A DNA stretch of 64,000 nucleotides. Source: Rebecca billardiae RCC1528. Lineage: Eukaryota > Protista > Haptophyta. Of the stretch, positions 12,101 to 25,094 are shown one piece after another. Location of the stretch: positions 1,364,001-1,428,000 of the forward strand of contig OZ251242.1 in NCBI GenBank assembly GCA_965240325.2. The letters are read 5' to 3'. Numbering within the stretch: position 1 is the first letter of the stretch; the number at the start of each line of letters is the position of its first letter. The notes beneath the pieces were generated by a model. That model had not been told where the DNA came from. It did no database searches and saw nothing but the letters and a program-made list of their open reading frames with translations. A program made the position numbers and the translations under genes.

Positions 12101-15100
12101 GCGCTCGCGCGCATGCGCGAGACGGCGCTGGCGACCGGCGGCCCGCGCGCGGAGGCGGTGGCGGCGGCCGCGGCCGCCGCGCTCCGCTCGCCCGAGCGCG
12201 AGCGTGCCGACTCGGAGTCTGACGGCGCGCGCCCGCCCGAGCCCACGCCCGGCCGCATGCGCGGCGCGCCCGCCGGTCTGGGCCGCGCCGAGCAGCCGCA
12301 GCAGCAGTGGCGTCAAGAGGAGGAGGAGGAGGAGGAGGAGGAGGACGCCGAGGAGGAGGGCGGGCCGGTGCGTGCGCCGCGCGCCCGCGCGCCCGCGCGC
12401 CCCCGCGCGCGCGCCGCCCCTCCGCCGCCGGCACCGCCGCAAGACGGGGAGGTGGTGCCGCCTCGCGCCCGCCCGCCTCCGCCCACGCACCCGCCGCCCT
12501 CCGCGCCGCCCTCCGCGCAGGGCCTGGACCTGCCGCAGATGGCCGCCGTGTACTACGGCCTGGGCGCGGACGAGCTGCTCGCGCTCAGCGCCGAGCAGCA
12601 GCGGCTGCTCGTCGGCGCGTTCGTGCGCGAGCGCTTTGGGCCGCTGCTCGGCGGCGGCTCGGAGGAGGGCGAGGGGGCGGAGGAGGAGGAGGAGGGCGGC
12701 GGCGCGTGGGCGGGCGGCGAGCTGGACGGCCGGTGCGCGCCGGGCTCGCAGCCGCGCTACGCGCACGCGCGCGTCGGCCGCGGCTCCGACGTCGACCCCG
12801 TCGCCGCCGCGGCGAACGCCGACCTCGGCGACACCGGCGCCGAGCGCGCGCCGCCGCGCTCGCCTGCCAGCCTCGCCGCCTCGCGCCCGTGGGCGAGTGC
12901 GCAGCTGTACGGCGGCGCGGCAACGGCGGCCTCCGCCGCGGCCTCGCGGCCGGGCGGCGCCGAGCAGGCGGCGCCCGGCGGCGGTGCTGCCGACGCCGAC
13001 GCCGACGCGGACGAGGCGGACGGCGAGGAGGCGGAGGCGGACGCGGGCGAGGTTGAGGCGCTGAGCGCGGAGATTGGCGCGATGCTCGGCCAGCTCTCCG
13101 CACTGCGCGCGGCCATCGCGCAGCAGCGCGACTCGGCGGCGGAGGCGGCGCAGCAGGACGCGCCGCCGCCCGCCGCGCAGCAGCTGCGGCAGCAGCAGCA
13201 GGCGCAGCAGCAGCAGCAGGCGCAGCAGCAGCAGCAGGCGCGGCAGCAGCCGCAGCAGCGCTCGGCCGCGCCCCAAGACCAGCCCATCGACAACGACGAC
13301 GAGGACGAGGACGAGGACGAGGCGGGCGGGGGCATGCCCGCCGAGCTCGTGCGCACGGGCGCGCAGCTCGCCCACCGCGAGCTCGACGAGCTGATCGGCG
13401 CCGACTCCGTGCACCTGGTCGCGCTGCTGCAGCTCTTCCGCGCGCTGCTGCGCGTGCGCACGCCCGCCAAGCGGCTCGCGCTGCTCGAGCACGTGCGCCG
13501 CCTCGCCGCGGAGATCATCGGCGCGGACGACGCCGAGGAGGAGGAGGAGGACGAGGAGGAGGAGGACGACGAGGACGATGACGACAGCGGCGGCGGCGGT
13601 CGCACGCGCAAGACCCAGCTCGACGGCGCGCCCTCGCACTTCGAGTGCGCCGGCAGCTACACTGACGGCCGCGGCCGAGGCGCCGCCGCGGGCGACGGGC
13701 GCGACGGCCGGCCGCTCACCGCCGCGGGCGGCCTCCGCCCACCGCCGCCGAGCGCGGGCGCGCGGCCCAGCAGCGCCGCCGGCGGCGGGCGCGGTGGCGG
13801 CGGCGGCGGCGCCGGCGGCGGCGGCACCCCGACGATCCGGATCAACTCGCAGCTGGCGAACGAGTTCCTGCCCGGACCGGACGAGCCCTCGGCCGGGCGC
13901 GCGGCCGCGTCGCCCGCGTCCACGATCGCCTCGTCCGCGTACGACTACGCGGAGGACGTGGACGAGGAGGAGGAGGAGGAGGAGGAGGAGGACGGCGGCG
14001 TGCTCTCACCCGAGACGCGCCGCTTCCGCGCCAAGATGCAGGCCACCGCGACCGGCCGGCCCAAGACCGCGCGCGGGCCTCCGGGCGTGGACCCTTTCCA
14101 CTACGTGCAGCCCTCCCACGCGCAGCCCTCCCACGCGCAGCCCTCCCACGCGCAGCCCTCCGCGCACTCCGCCTCCGCCTCCGCCTCCGCCGCACACGCT
14201 GGCGCCGACGCCGACGCCAAGCACGACGGCGCGAGGGCGCGGCCGGGCACGGCCGGCGGCGGCGGCGGCGCGGCGGCGCAGGCCGGCGGCGCGCCGTCGG
14301 CCAAGCCGCGCGCCAACGTGTGGGCCGCCGCGGCCGAGGCGGAGGCGGAGGCGGAGGCGGAGGCGGAGGCGGAGGACGCGCTCGGCGGTACCGCCTCCAC
14401 CGACGCGGCTGTCTCCGCCGACGCGGACGGCGCCGCGCGCGAGAGCCGGCTCGTGTCCGACATGCTGGCGGACGAGTCCCTGCTCTCCGAGCTCGACGAC
14501 GCCCTGCGCGCGCTGCCCGCGGACTCGGCGCAGGGCGCGCAGGGGGCGCAGCCGCTCGAGTGGTCCTCGCTGTGCGACATCGCCATGCTGATCACGCGGC
14601 TCGTGCAGGTGCGGTACGACAACGCGGAGGACGAGCACCTGCGGTACGCGGTCTGCGACATCGTCAAGCAGGTGCGTGCGTGTGTGCGCCGTGCGTGTGT
14701 GCGCCGTGCGTGTGCGTGCGTGCGTGTGCGCGCGCAGAAGCAGCGCACGCGCGCTGCGCGCGCGCGCTGCGCGACGCACGCGCGGGGCGAGAGGCGGCGC
14801 CAACGCGCGCGCGCTCGCCCACGCGCGGCCGCGCGCCACCGCGCAGCACGCCGAGCGCCCCGCGTGCGAGCTGCGCAGCGCGCTCGTGGGCGACGTGGCC
14901 GAGCTGCTGCACAACGAGATGGTGTACGCCGAGGCCAGCGCGCGGCTGCGCGCGCAGTACGCGCACTCCGCGGGGCGGTTGCGCGCGATGCACGCGCAGG
15001 TGGGCGAGCAGCTGGGCGCGCTGCAGGCCGTGCGCGCCAAGGTGGGCGCGCAGCTGGGCGCGCTCGACGCGCAGCGCGCCGCGGACATGCGCCGGCTGCA

Positions 15101-17169
15101 GCGCGAGCGGCGCGAGCGCCTCTACCGCGGCGGCAAGCTCGGCGACGACGACGACGACGCCGACGCCGACGCCGAGGAGGCGGAGGCGTCGGAGGAGGGC
15201 GGCGCGTTCGGCGGCGGCGCGCGGCGCGGGCGCGACCTCCGGCCGGTGGGCGAGGAGGAGGACGAGGAGGAGGACGAGGAGGACGAGTCGGACGGCGCGG
15301 GCGCGTACCCGCCCGACTTTGAAGACGAGGACGACGACGACGACGAGGACGAGGACGAGGACGAGGAGGAGGACTCGTGGCATGTTGAGGAAGCGCCCGA
15401 CACGCGCGCACACGCACACGGACACGACGACGACGACGACGACGACGAGGAGGAGGAGGAGGAGGAGGATTCGGAGTCTGACGAGTTCGGCGAGGACGAG
15501 GGCGCGTCGGACGAGGAGGACGAGGACGCGGACGGCTGCTTCGACGAGTTCGACGACGAGGCGGCCTTCGACGCGCTGCTCGGCCGCGAGGCGGCGCAGC
15601 AGGCGGCCAACGCGCGTCAGCAGATGGACGCGCTGTCTGCGCGCATGGCCCACTACCTCGCAGCGGGCCACGGGGCGCACCTCGAGGACTGCAGCGAGGA
15701 CGAGGCGAGCGAGGAGGCGGAGGCGGAGGACGAGGAGGAGGCGGAGATCCGCGCGGCGAGCGAGCGCGCGGGCACCACCCTCGAGGGTCTGCGCGAGGTG
15801 AGAGCGCGGCGCAGGCGCGGCCGCCGGGCACGCGCGCGCACGCGCGGCGCGCGCACGCGCGTAGGCGCGCCGGCCCGCGGGGCCTGCGCGTGGGCGCTCA
15901 CGCCCCGAGCCACGGCGCGGCCCTGCGCCGTGCTCGCGCGCGCAGGCGTTCCGCAAGCTCTCGGAGGCGCACTCCGCCGTGCTCGACGAGCAGCACGACG
16001 CCCAGCCGCCGCCCCCCGCGCACGTGCCGGGCGCGCCCTTCAACCCGTTTGCTCCGGCATCCTCGCTGCTGCCGCGCGGCGCGCCCGCGGCCGCGGGCGC
16101 GCGCGTCGTGGCGGACGAGGCGGTGGACGCGCCCCCGGCGGCGTGCGGCGCCGGCGCGGACGAGGGCGCGGACGCGGTGACCATCGACGACCTGCCCACG
16201 CCCTCGTGCCTCGCGCTCGACAGCGCAAAGGTGGGGCCCGCCGCCCGCCGCGCGCCGCGCGCCGCCCGCCGCGCGCCGCCCGCCGCGCGCCGCGCTGCGC
16301 GCGCGCACGCGCGCGCGCCAGCTCATCATCCGAGATGCCCTCGCCCGCCACGCGCCGCGCGCCGCGCGCAGCGCTCGCGCCTCGCGCAGCAGATGCGCGG
16401 GGAGGAGCTGGCGGCCTCGCCCGCGCAGCCGCCGAGCGCGTCCGAGCTCGCGGGCTCGTCCGAGGCCGCCCTCGACCCTGACGAGTACGGCACAGGCGGC
16501 GCAGGGGGCGGCGCACACGTGCGCGCACCCACGCACCGCGCGCACGAGGGCGCGCGCGCCGCCTCGCCTCGCGCGGCCTCAACCTCGCCCCGCCCGCCCG
16601 CCCCCGCCACGCGTGCGCGCCGCCCGTCCCCCGCAGCCGAGCGGCCTGCCCGAGCACCTCGTGCACGAGTTCAAGGCGTCGCTGCACGAGCTCGGGCGGC
16701 AGTACGGCGCGGGGCGGGGGCAGGGGCAGGGGCAGCAGACGGGCGCGGAGGTGCTGCTGCGCGCGGCGGACGCGTCGGCGCAGCCGCCGCAGGTGCGCAG
16801 CGCGGCGCCGCCGCCCGGCGCGCGCGCGGCCGCTGCGAGCGCACATGCCGACCCTCGGCGCGCGCGCGCGCTGAGGCGGCTGCGCCCTCGCCCGCCGCCC
16901 TGCCCGCCCGCCCGCAGCCGCCAGCCTCCGTGTCCGCACCGGAAGGCGCCGCCGCCCTCGAGCCCGCGCCCGCCGCGGAGGCGGCCGTGCCCGCCGAGCC
17001 CGTGGCGGAGCCCGCGCCCGAGTCGCCCGCGACCGCGGCCGCTGCCAAGGCCGACGCGCGCGCGGCGGCCGCCTCGGCCGACGGCCCGAGCGGCGCGGCT
17101 GCTCCCGCGGCCGAGGGTGTGTGTGAGGGTGGTGAGGAGGGCCAGACCAACATGGAGGCCCTCGACTGA
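9161..17169 (+). CDS. PCM1: PCM1 (pericentriolar material 1)-like coiled-coil protein, ~2300 aa; 8 exons (introns 9335-9571, 12368-12520, 14672-14846, 15798-15945, 16231-16371, 16519-16636, 16793-16917)
   Basis: All introns are phase-compatible GT-AG. Three C-terminal blocks resemble PCM1_C as recalled: RELDELI...LLQLFRAL.RVRT...R, LVGDVAELLHNEMVY, and VTIDDLP...M..EE...ELAGSSEAALDP. The N-terminal part has coiled-coil and acidic tracts. Confidence 0.72.
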
Positions 17170-19111
17170 GCCAGTCGTGAGTGAGCACAGAGCAGCACAC
17201 GCGTGACGAGGCGCCTGTCTGTAGTGGGCGGCGTGACTGCTGACAGTGACGGCGCATCGCATCCTTGGCCTTGGCTGCGTCCGCTGGCACCGCTGCGGCT
17301 GAGGCCCCCACGGCCACGGGGCCACGGGCCCACGGCCCCAGTCAGCCCAGTCTGACTGGGCTGGCAGTCTGCCACCCTGGCAGTGGCGGCAGTGGCCGAC
17401 GCCGGCATCGCCATCGGCACTCGGTGCCGTCTGACACTGATGCAGTGACTGAGACTGACTGGCCGCCACGCGGCCGCCGTCAGTGAGTAGTGACTAGTCG
17501 TGAGTATACTGATGAGTATTATTATTAGTGACTCGTTGCGACTAACTTGCGACTGGTCACTGGCTAGCTTCCGCTTCGACTACAGTTTACTATGATTTAA
17601 CGTGCACACTTGGTTAAGGCGTGATTAACGCCATCCAACACTGCACAAAGACACCGCCACAAAACAGACCGGCGCAGGCAGGTGAGGGGCGCGTTGCCGC
17701 ACCTCAGCATCGAGGCGGCCATTGCAGCAAGCGGCCGCCCCGCGCTCGGAGGCACGCGCTCGAGAGCGCGCTCTGACACCACACGGGGAGGGTGCTGCAC
17801 CTGGATGTTGCATCCCAGCCACCTCGAGAGTGCAGCCACGCCAAACACCTGCCTGCGCTGTGAGCGACGCCGCGTCGACTGATCGAGCCCCAGCCGAAGG
17901 GAAGAACTGGAAGATGAAGGGTGGGCAGGTCCACATGCCCGGCGTAAACTGCGCGCTGCTCGCCCGCGAAGGCAAGCAGCGCACCCCCGCCGCCTTCGCA
18001 AGCAGCGGGGGCGGGGGGAAAGCGGCCCCTCTCGGCTGCCGCCAGCCCCTGTCTGCCCACCTACCCCGGTTGTGGCACAGAGCCTTCGCCTGCCCCGAAC
18101 ACAAACACCTTGTGAACAGGGCCAGGCGCGGCCCCACGCCCCATCGGGACGAGTGGGCCCGCGAAGAGCGCGCCCACGACCGCGTCGGTCGTCGCCGACG
18201 CCGCGCCCTCATGCCCAGACGCCGCAGCCGGGGCGCCATCACCCAGAGGGTGATGGCAGCCCCCGGCCTCTTGGCGGTCCGAAGACATGCGGGACGGCCG
18301 CGACGACGGGTCCGACGATGCCGAAGGCGCAAGCTCGCGGAAGGGGCCAGAGTTGGGAAGCTGCGGCGTCGGGCCCGCACGCGCCTTGTCAGCACGATTG
18401 ACCCGTCGCGTACCCGCAGCCGGCCTCAGCGAGCCGTCCGCGCGGTGCTTCTTCTTCCAACTCTTGGACCTCTTCGCAGCACCAGGCACACCAGAGACTA
18501 GCGCCCAGCTCAGCTCGGGCGTGAAGACTACGACCCGTGAAGTTACTCAGAGTCAGATGCCGATGGCGATGCAACCGCCTGCCGAGTGCCGCCGGCTCAT
18601 GCGCTGTTGAGTATTGCTCAGCAGCTAAACTTAACGACGGCCCTGCCGCCCTCACCCGTCACCGCCAGCTGACGCCTGCTCAAGCCTGGCAGAACGTACT
18701 GCTGATCGCAGTCCGTGACCGGTGTCGTGGGTACACGCTTGCTGAGGACGACGCTCACCACTTCACGCCCAAACAGGTAGCCACAAGCGCTCGAATTGCC
18801 CAATAGCCACGTGCAGGCAGAACGTGAACGCTGCATGCGGTGGCACGAATTCGCGCAGGTGGCACCGTCGGCTGACCCAGCTTGGCACGGTCGTGTGCAG
18901 TCGTATCGATGAGATCAGAGCGACGGGCAGCATGCGCACTACTGGGCGACGCACGTACGCAAGTGGCTCATCAACCGGGGAACACCGTGCTCCTGCAGCC
19001 ATCGAGGCGCGTCGATGGCGACTGATCGACGGAAGGAGCGGCGCGCGGGCGCGGGGCGGCGGGCGCCACGGATTATCGGACCAAAGGAATGGATTCCTTT
19101 GATCGGACGGC

Positions 19112-19498
19112 ATGTCGGCATTGTTTGTCACTGTCAGCATGGGCACGCCCCTGTTGCCACCCGAGGCCCTCTTGCCCAGAGTGAGCGCACTTTCACGCTG
19201 GCAGCTCAGCGCGGACCAGACGACGATATCGACGCATTTCCTCGCGCGGGACTGGAGTGAGGCGATGAAGTTCATCAACGCGCTCTCCGACATCGCCGAA
19301 GACGAGGGACACCACCCAGACATCAGCCTGACCAACTACCGGGAGGTCTCGGTCGACCTCACGACGCATGACGTCGGTGGTCTGACCATGCCTGACCTCG
19401 TGGTTGCCGCCAAGTTGGACGCAATCCCCGTGGAGTACTCCGCTAAGTGGCTGCGCGGGGATGATGCAACCGCATACCGACCTGCCCATGGCAGCTAA
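19112..19498 (+). CDS. Pterin-4-alpha-carbinolamine dehydratase (PCD/PhhB); 5' end uncertain
   Basis: AMKFINALSDIAEDEGHHPDI...LTTHDVGGLT..DLVVAAKLD signature. Confidence 0.9.
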   Translation: MSALFVTVSMGTPLLPPEALLPRVSALSRWQLSADQTTISTHFLARDWSEAMKFINALSDIAEDEGHHPDISLTNYREVSVDLTTHDVGGLTMPDLVVAAKLDAIPVEYSAKWLRGDDATAYRPAHGS

Positions 19499-20108
19499 GC
19501 CTCCGGCGCGCGGGCCCGCCGCGAGTTACATTCTGCGCAAAGCCGGCGCGGCGCTGCGACGCAGACACGAAACATGATATATGAAACGGCTGCAGACGGC
19601 ACCGTGGCCGTGCTCGTAGGCGAGTGGCGGCGACACGCATACTCGTCAATGTCGTCAATTTTGATGGTTGTCGGCCTCGTCGACGGCGACAGTCCATGAC
19701 TCTGCATAGCCAGTTAGCCTCCGCGTCGCGGTGACGCGGCCAGCCGGCCAGCCATCGGAGGCATATTCATATTGTCTATATATATATTGAATACTGGGCG
19801 CAGGGCGCCGGACAGTACGGTACAGCCCGGGTCCGCGTGCCCCGTGTGCACACGGCTTGATATACTGATAACGGGACCCCGGACGCGGAGCCCTAGCATG
19901 AGGCGATGCCAGCCCCCAGGCACAGCACGGGCAGTCTCAGCCAAAGTCGGCGACGACGGGAGTGGCTCACGGCCTTCCTAAGATGAGCCACACGACTGAC
20001 ACCGCGCCGCGGCCCGCCAGCAGCGGGGCCCGCGGCGGCGGCGACGACGAGCGTCGGGTGCCCAACGGCGGCAGCGGCCGGCCGCGCGCCGGCCCCGCCC
20101 GCGCGTGC

Positions 20109-20927
20109 TCAGTAGTACGTGTTCGGCTTCTGCGCCTTGAAGGTGCTCTTGAAGCGCTTCTCGGTGCGCATGATGCGGTGCGCGAGTGGGAACGCAATCT
20201 TCGAGTCGTGGAACTGCTGGATGTTGGCGCGCTTGGTCGAGGCGGGCTTGACCTCGGCGGTGCGGATGATCTGGATGCCGCGCGGCGCCGCGCGGTTCCG
20301 CCCGGCCAGGTCGTTGTACACCGCCTGGATCGCCGCGTTGATGGAGCACTCCCGGTACTCCTTGTACATGTTGTGCGTGCCCGTGCGCGACTCGTACCGG
20401 AGCCACACGCCGTAGTTCTTGACGACGCGCCGGTTCTTCTCGATGAGCTCGTGGCACGAGAGGATCTGGCCGTGCGCCTTCTTCACGCGGCGCAGTTTGC
20501 TGCGCGACGGCCGGTGCCGGGGTCGCGTGCGTGCGCGCGCGCGCGCGCGGAGCGCCGCATGCCGTGAGCCGTGGGCTCGGCAGGCGGCCTGCGGCCAGCG
20601 CGAGCGTGGCGAGCTGCCGAGCGGCACCGAGGCCCCAGCCGGGGCTGTGCTGGGTTGGACGGACAGCCCTGCCCGCCCGGCCCCGGCGTGCGCCGCCTCG
20701 CCACGCGCAGCTCCTCGCCGCGCAGACGCGTGCAGCCGCCCAGCGAGCCGCTCGCCCAGCGCGTGCGGCCGCACACGTCGCGCGCGCACACACCTGATGA
20801 AGTACCAGAACTTTGAGCGCGCGACCACATCATTGGCCGCGAACAGCTTCATCCGGTACACCTTCGGGTTCGGGTCCTTCTCCGAGGGCTTCATCCGCCC
20901 GAGGATCTGGAAGGTTTTGACCACCAT
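20109..20927 (-). CDS. RPL18A: 60S ribosomal protein L18a (eL20); 2 exons (intron 20500-20793)
   Basis: [55 protein letters not shown]. Confidence 0.97.
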   Translation of the reverse strand: MVVKTFQILGRMKPSEKDPNPKVYRMKLFAANDVVARSKFWYFIRCVRARRVRPHALGERLAGRLHASARRGAARGEAAHAGAGRAGLSVQPSTAPAGASVPLGSSPRSRWPQAACRAHGSRHAALRARARARTRPRHRPSRSKLRRVKKAHGQILSCHELIEKNRRVVKNYGVWLRYESRTGTHNMYKEYRECSINAAIQAVYNDLAGRNRAAPRGIQIIRTAEVKPASTKRANIQQFHDSKIAFPLAHRIMRTEKRFKSTFKAQKPNTYY

Positions 20928-21109
20928 GGTGCCTCCCCGCGCCGCGCGAGCCAAGCACGTCGACGTGTGAGTCCGGTGGCGGCCGCTGGGTTGGGCTCGC
21001 AGTCCGGCGGGGGAGGCTCGAAAGTCCGGGTTTCACGGCCCCTGCTCTGCCGGACCTGCTGGCAGCGGACGCGGGACCGGCGACGCGCGCTGCAACGTTG
21101 CGCCGCGCG

Positions 21110-23311
21110 ATGCTGCCGCTCGCGCGACGCGCGGCTGCGGCGCGACCGTGCGCGCGCGCGTGGCTCTCGAGCGCGGCGCGCACCGGCCTCGCCGACCCGC
21201 CGACGCTGCGCCGCCTCGGCGACGCCGCGCTCCGCGCCTTCAACGCCGTGGGCGTGCGCGTGCAGCCGGACGGCTCGGGCCTGTCCGCCGTGCAGCGCGC
21301 GTGCTGGCCGCCGATGGCGCGCGGCGAGAGCGCGTTCGTCACGGCGCCGACGGGGACGGGCAAGACCGTGCTCGCCGTCGTGCGCGCCACCATCGTCGCC
21401 GCGCACAAGGCGGGCTCCGACCGCCGCCAGCGCGAGCGCGCGATGACCAAGCGCGCAGGCCTGCTCGCCGAGCCGCGCTCGATCGTGATCGCGCCCACGC
21501 GCGAGCTGGCGCTGCAGCAGCTCGCCGTCGCGCAGCTGATCGCGGAGGCGTGCCCGCCCGACGCCCGGCCCACGCTCGCGCTCCTCGCCGGCGGCGAGAA
21601 GCACACGCACCAGCGCCAGGCGCTCGAGGCCGCACCGCCAGACCTGGTGATCGGCACGCCGGGCCGCGTGCTCATGCACTGCGCGCAGCGCCACCTCGGG
21701 CTGTGGCGCGTGCGCTGCCTGGTGCTCGACGAGGCGGACGCGCTGCTGGACAAGGTGGGCGCGGGGTACTGGGTCGAGGTGCGCCAGCTCGTCGAGCTCC
21801 TCGCCGCCTCGCCCGCCAGCCGACGCGCCGCGCGCGCGCGCGCCAAGCGTGACACGGCGCTCGCCGCCGCGCAGCCGCAGCCGCAGCCGCAGCCGCAGCC
21901 GCAGCCGCAGCCGCTGGGCGGGGAGACGGCGGCGAGCGCGACGGCCGCGCAGGGCGACGGCGCGGCGCAGGCCGACGCTCACGACGACGAGTACGCGAAC
22001 GACGATGACGACGCGCCCGACGAGTACGCCGACGACGCCGACGCCGACGTCGGCGCCTGCCCTGTGGGCGGCGCTCCCGAGCGACGGCTGCGGCGCGGGC
22101 CCCAGCACTTGCTCGTGGGCGCGACTGCGCCGGCCGCGGTGCTGGAGGCGGCGCGCGTGCTCGTGCCGGGGCTCGTCGTGCCCGGCGTGGACGTTGCGCG
22201 CGGCGCGCCGGGCGGCGCGCCGCCCACGCCCACGCCGAGTGGCGCGGAGCACGTGGCGCCGGCGGCGGGCGCGCCCAGCCCAGAGCTGGACGCCGCCGCG
22301 GTCGGCGGCGGCGGCGGTGGCGGCACCGCCGCTGCCGCCGCCGCGGCCGGTGGTGCGGCGGCGTCCCCGCTGCCGCCGACGCTGCGGCACGAGTGGGTGT
22401 TCTTGCTGCGCAAGGGCGACTCGAAGCTCGCCGCGCTGCACAAGCGCGTCTTCCCCGACGCCCCGCCGCTCCTCGTCTTCACCGGCTCGATGCGAAGTTG
22501 CATGGCGGTGTGGCGCTCGCTGTATGAGCGCGGCATCGAGGCGGTGCGGATCCACGGCGGGATGGAGCCGGAGGAGCGGGACGCGGCGCTGGCGGAGGTG
22601 CGGGCGGGGCGCGCGCGGGTGCTGGTGAGCACCGAGGTGGCGATGCGCGGGATCGACCTCCCCAACGTCCGCCGTGTCATCAACTTCGACCTGCCCGCCT
22701 CCGCCGTCTCGTTCGTGCACCGCGCCGGCCGCACCGCGCGCGCCGGCAGGCCGGGCACGGCCGTGCACTTCGTGGCGACGCGCTCCGAGTCGGCGCTCAC
22801 GCGCAGGCTGCGCGACCCGGTGCAGCTCGCGCGGATGCTCGAGCGGGGCGAAGGCCCGCCGGTGCCCGACGACGACTCGGACGATCGCGACGACGACAAG
22901 GCCGAGGCGGACGTCGGGCGGCGCGGCGACGCGCGGCGGCGGCGCGGCGACGGCGCGCGCCAAGCCGCGGCGCCGCGCGCGCGCCGGCTCGCCGGCGGCA
23001 GCAGCGGCGGCGACTACGCGCGCCGGGGTGAGGCGGGGCGCGGCTTGACGCGGCTGCGCGCCGCACCGCCGCGTGCCGCCTCGTCGCAGGACGGGCAGCG
23101 CTACCTGCGCGGGCGCGCGACGCCGCGGCTGCGCCAGCCTCGCGCGCGCGACGGCGGCGCGCGCGGGCGCGCGCGCACGCCCGTCGAGGCGGAGTACGAG
23201 GAGGTCGCTCGCTACGTGGAGATCAGCGGGAAGACGGGCCAGCCGTTCGAGCGCGTCGAGCGCCGCCGCCGCGGCGACGTAGCCTCGTGGAGGGCGGAGC
23301 GGCGCCGGTGA
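21110..23311 (+). CDS. DEAD-box RNA helicase, possibly organelle-targeted
   Basis: [28 protein letters not shown] (motif III variant), [24 protein letters not shown]; Arg/Ala-rich N-terminus. Confidence 0.92.
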   Translation: MLPLARRAAAARPCARAWLSSAARTGLADPPTLRRLGDAALRAFNAVGVRVQPDGSGLSAVQRACWPPMARGESAFVTAPTGTGKTVLAVVRATIVAAHKAGSDRRQRERAMTKRAGLLAEPRSIVIAPTRELALQQLAVAQLIAEACPPDARPTLALLAGGEKHTHQRQALEAAPPDLVIGTPGRVLMHCAQRHLGLWRVRCLVLDEADALLDKVGAGYWVEVRQLVELLAASPASRRAARARAKRDTALAAAQPQPQPQPQPQPQPLGGETAASATAAQGDGAAQADAHDDEYANDDDDAPDEYADDADADVGACPVGGAPERRLRRGPQHLLVGATAPAAVLEAARVLVPGLVVPGVDVARGAPGGAPPTPTPSGAEHVAPAAGAPSPELDAAAVGGGGGGGTAAAAAAAGGAAASPLPPTLRHEWVFLLRKGDSKLAALHKRVFPDAPPLLVFTGSMRSCMAVWRSLYERGIEAVRIHGGMEPEERDAALAEVRAGRARVLVSTEVAMRGIDLPNVRRVINFDLPASAVSFVHRAGRTARAGRPGTAVHFVATRSESALTRRLRDPVQLARMLERGEGPPVPDDDSDDRDDDKAEADVGRRGDARRRRGDGARQAAAPRARRLAGGSSGGDYARRGEAGRGLTRLRAAPPRAASSQDGQRYLRGRATPRLRQPRARDGGARGRARTPVEAEYEEVARYVEISGKTGQPFERVERRRRGDVASWRAERRR

Positions 23312-23917
23312 TCAGGCCGGGCCGGGCCAGGCCCATGGACTAGATGGACGGTACTCATCATTACATGCGCAGCAAGGCTGATATTGCCCAACACGAAAAA
23401 GTACGCACGGCGAGGAGCGCTGATCCTGGTGTTTGTCTCTGCTGCTCGATCTGCTGCTACAGCTTGCTGACTCTGACGCCTGCCCGTTGCATACCACGTC
23501 GTTAATATATACTTTATTACAAATACGACGACGTATATACTTATTCTTAAATCATAGAATTAGTAAGAGCCACTGAGCCACTCTGCACTCACGTCAATGT
23601 ATTCAGTCTCATGATTCAGGCTCCTTCAGAGTTCAGGGCGGCTTGATCAGGCTATATCATCCGCCGCATTAAATTGGTGCGACGAAATCGTCTGACAGGA
23701 CGGTCTGAGATCGCGCGGGTGGTAGCCTGTTGTTGGCGTAAGTTTTCGTCGTATTTCGTCTGAAGTTAATGAACTCATCATCGTCGGACGTCGGCAGTCG
23801 GCTCATCGCTGCCCCTCGGCCTCGAGCGACGGTGCGTGTGCTGCTCGCCGGTTCACGGTTGCTTGCCATACGTGCGCGCACCGAAAGGGTTACTCGCCGT
23901 CGTCGCCGTCGGCAAAG

Positions 23918-25094
23918 ATGATGCCACTCGTCGTGCCCTTCATGCTCGCTCTGTCCTCAGAATTGCCCGAAGTCCCCTGCGTGCTCACTGACCTCCGCGA
24001 GCCGCTCGTGTGCGGCTCCGCTGTCACGGGCGGCGCCACGCGCGAGGAGGGCTTTGCCTACCACAAGATCACGCTCGCGTCACCGACGTTGGTCACCATC
24101 CGCCCGGTCCACGGTGGAGGCTGGAGCACGCCTTACGCCGCTCTCTACGACACGTGTCCGACCCGTACCCTCGCGGCTATCGGCCATATCGCCGCCTATA
24201 TGTGGGAAGACTCCCGTGACGTCGACGGCCCCGGTCCAATCACGTATCAGCTCAGCGAGGGCGACAGCTATGTCGCCGTCACGTCGTACCACAAGTACAT
24301 GTTCGAGATGTCGTGTTCGACCGTGTCTCCACCGCCGCACCAGGTCCCCCCGCCGCCCCCGCCGCCATCGGCAGAGCAGCTCGTATCGCCACCGCCACCG
24401 CCGAAGATTTGTTTGGCCGCGGCAGCTGCCTCCACTGTCCAATGCGGTGAGTCCATCACAGTCCACGTCGAAGAGGGGGAGTGGGAGGATGAGCCCAAAG
24501 AGCACCCGCTTCTCAAGATCGTGCCGAGCGCTGACGCTGCCAAGGTCCAGCTGGACCTTTGCGGCGCAGAGGACCGCGACTTGGCCAAGCTCTACGTACT
24601 CGACCACGGCTCGTGCCCCGACACCGGCCCGCAACTGTCCTGGCCGGATCGCGACGCCGCCGATCGCGAGTGCCTCTACGAGGTGCGTGCAGGCGCGACG
24701 ACAGAATCAGCGCCCGCGAGTACACCACGCGGCTCACGCGCGACCGCCCCCCGACCCCGTGCAGATGTGGGTGAACGGCGCTGCAGAAGTGTACGCGTCG
24801 CTGGTCGGCCCAAGTGCAGTGCCTCTTAATTACCGGCGCTCGTATCCTTTTGAGGACGTGGACACGACCTTTGATGTGCAAGTGACTTGTCTCGAGTCAT
24901 CGCGGCTGTCGGCAGAGGCTTCGCGCGCCGGTGCTCGTGGCGCAGGTGCCCGCGCCCGCCAGGCGTCTGTGGGCACAGTGACTGTTGGCGTCGTGGCTGT
25001 GGCTGCTATGCTTGCTGCAGGCCTTGTCGCCGCCACCCGACGTGCTCGTGCCTACCTCGCCCCGTCGACGACGGCGCGAGCGGACCTGCTCTGA
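23918..25094 (+). CDS. Type-I membrane/surface protein with two Cys-bounded beta domains and a Pro-rich linker; intron 24683-24764
   Basis: Signal peptide MMPLVVPFMLALS, two CG...LY..CP...C repeats, poly-Pro linker, C-terminal TM followed by RRAR. A phase-0 GT-AG intron joins the two ORFs. Confidence 0.7.

Noticed and set aside
5672-15322. 3216-aa ORF as a single giant protein
   Set aside because: The first ~1160 codons are antisense to Sec12 and the rest reads through stop-free GC introns of the PCM1-like gene
20500-20793. snoRNA in the RPL18A intron
   Set aside because: No C/D (RUGAUGA/CUGA) or convincing H/ACA boxes; only a short GC hairpin
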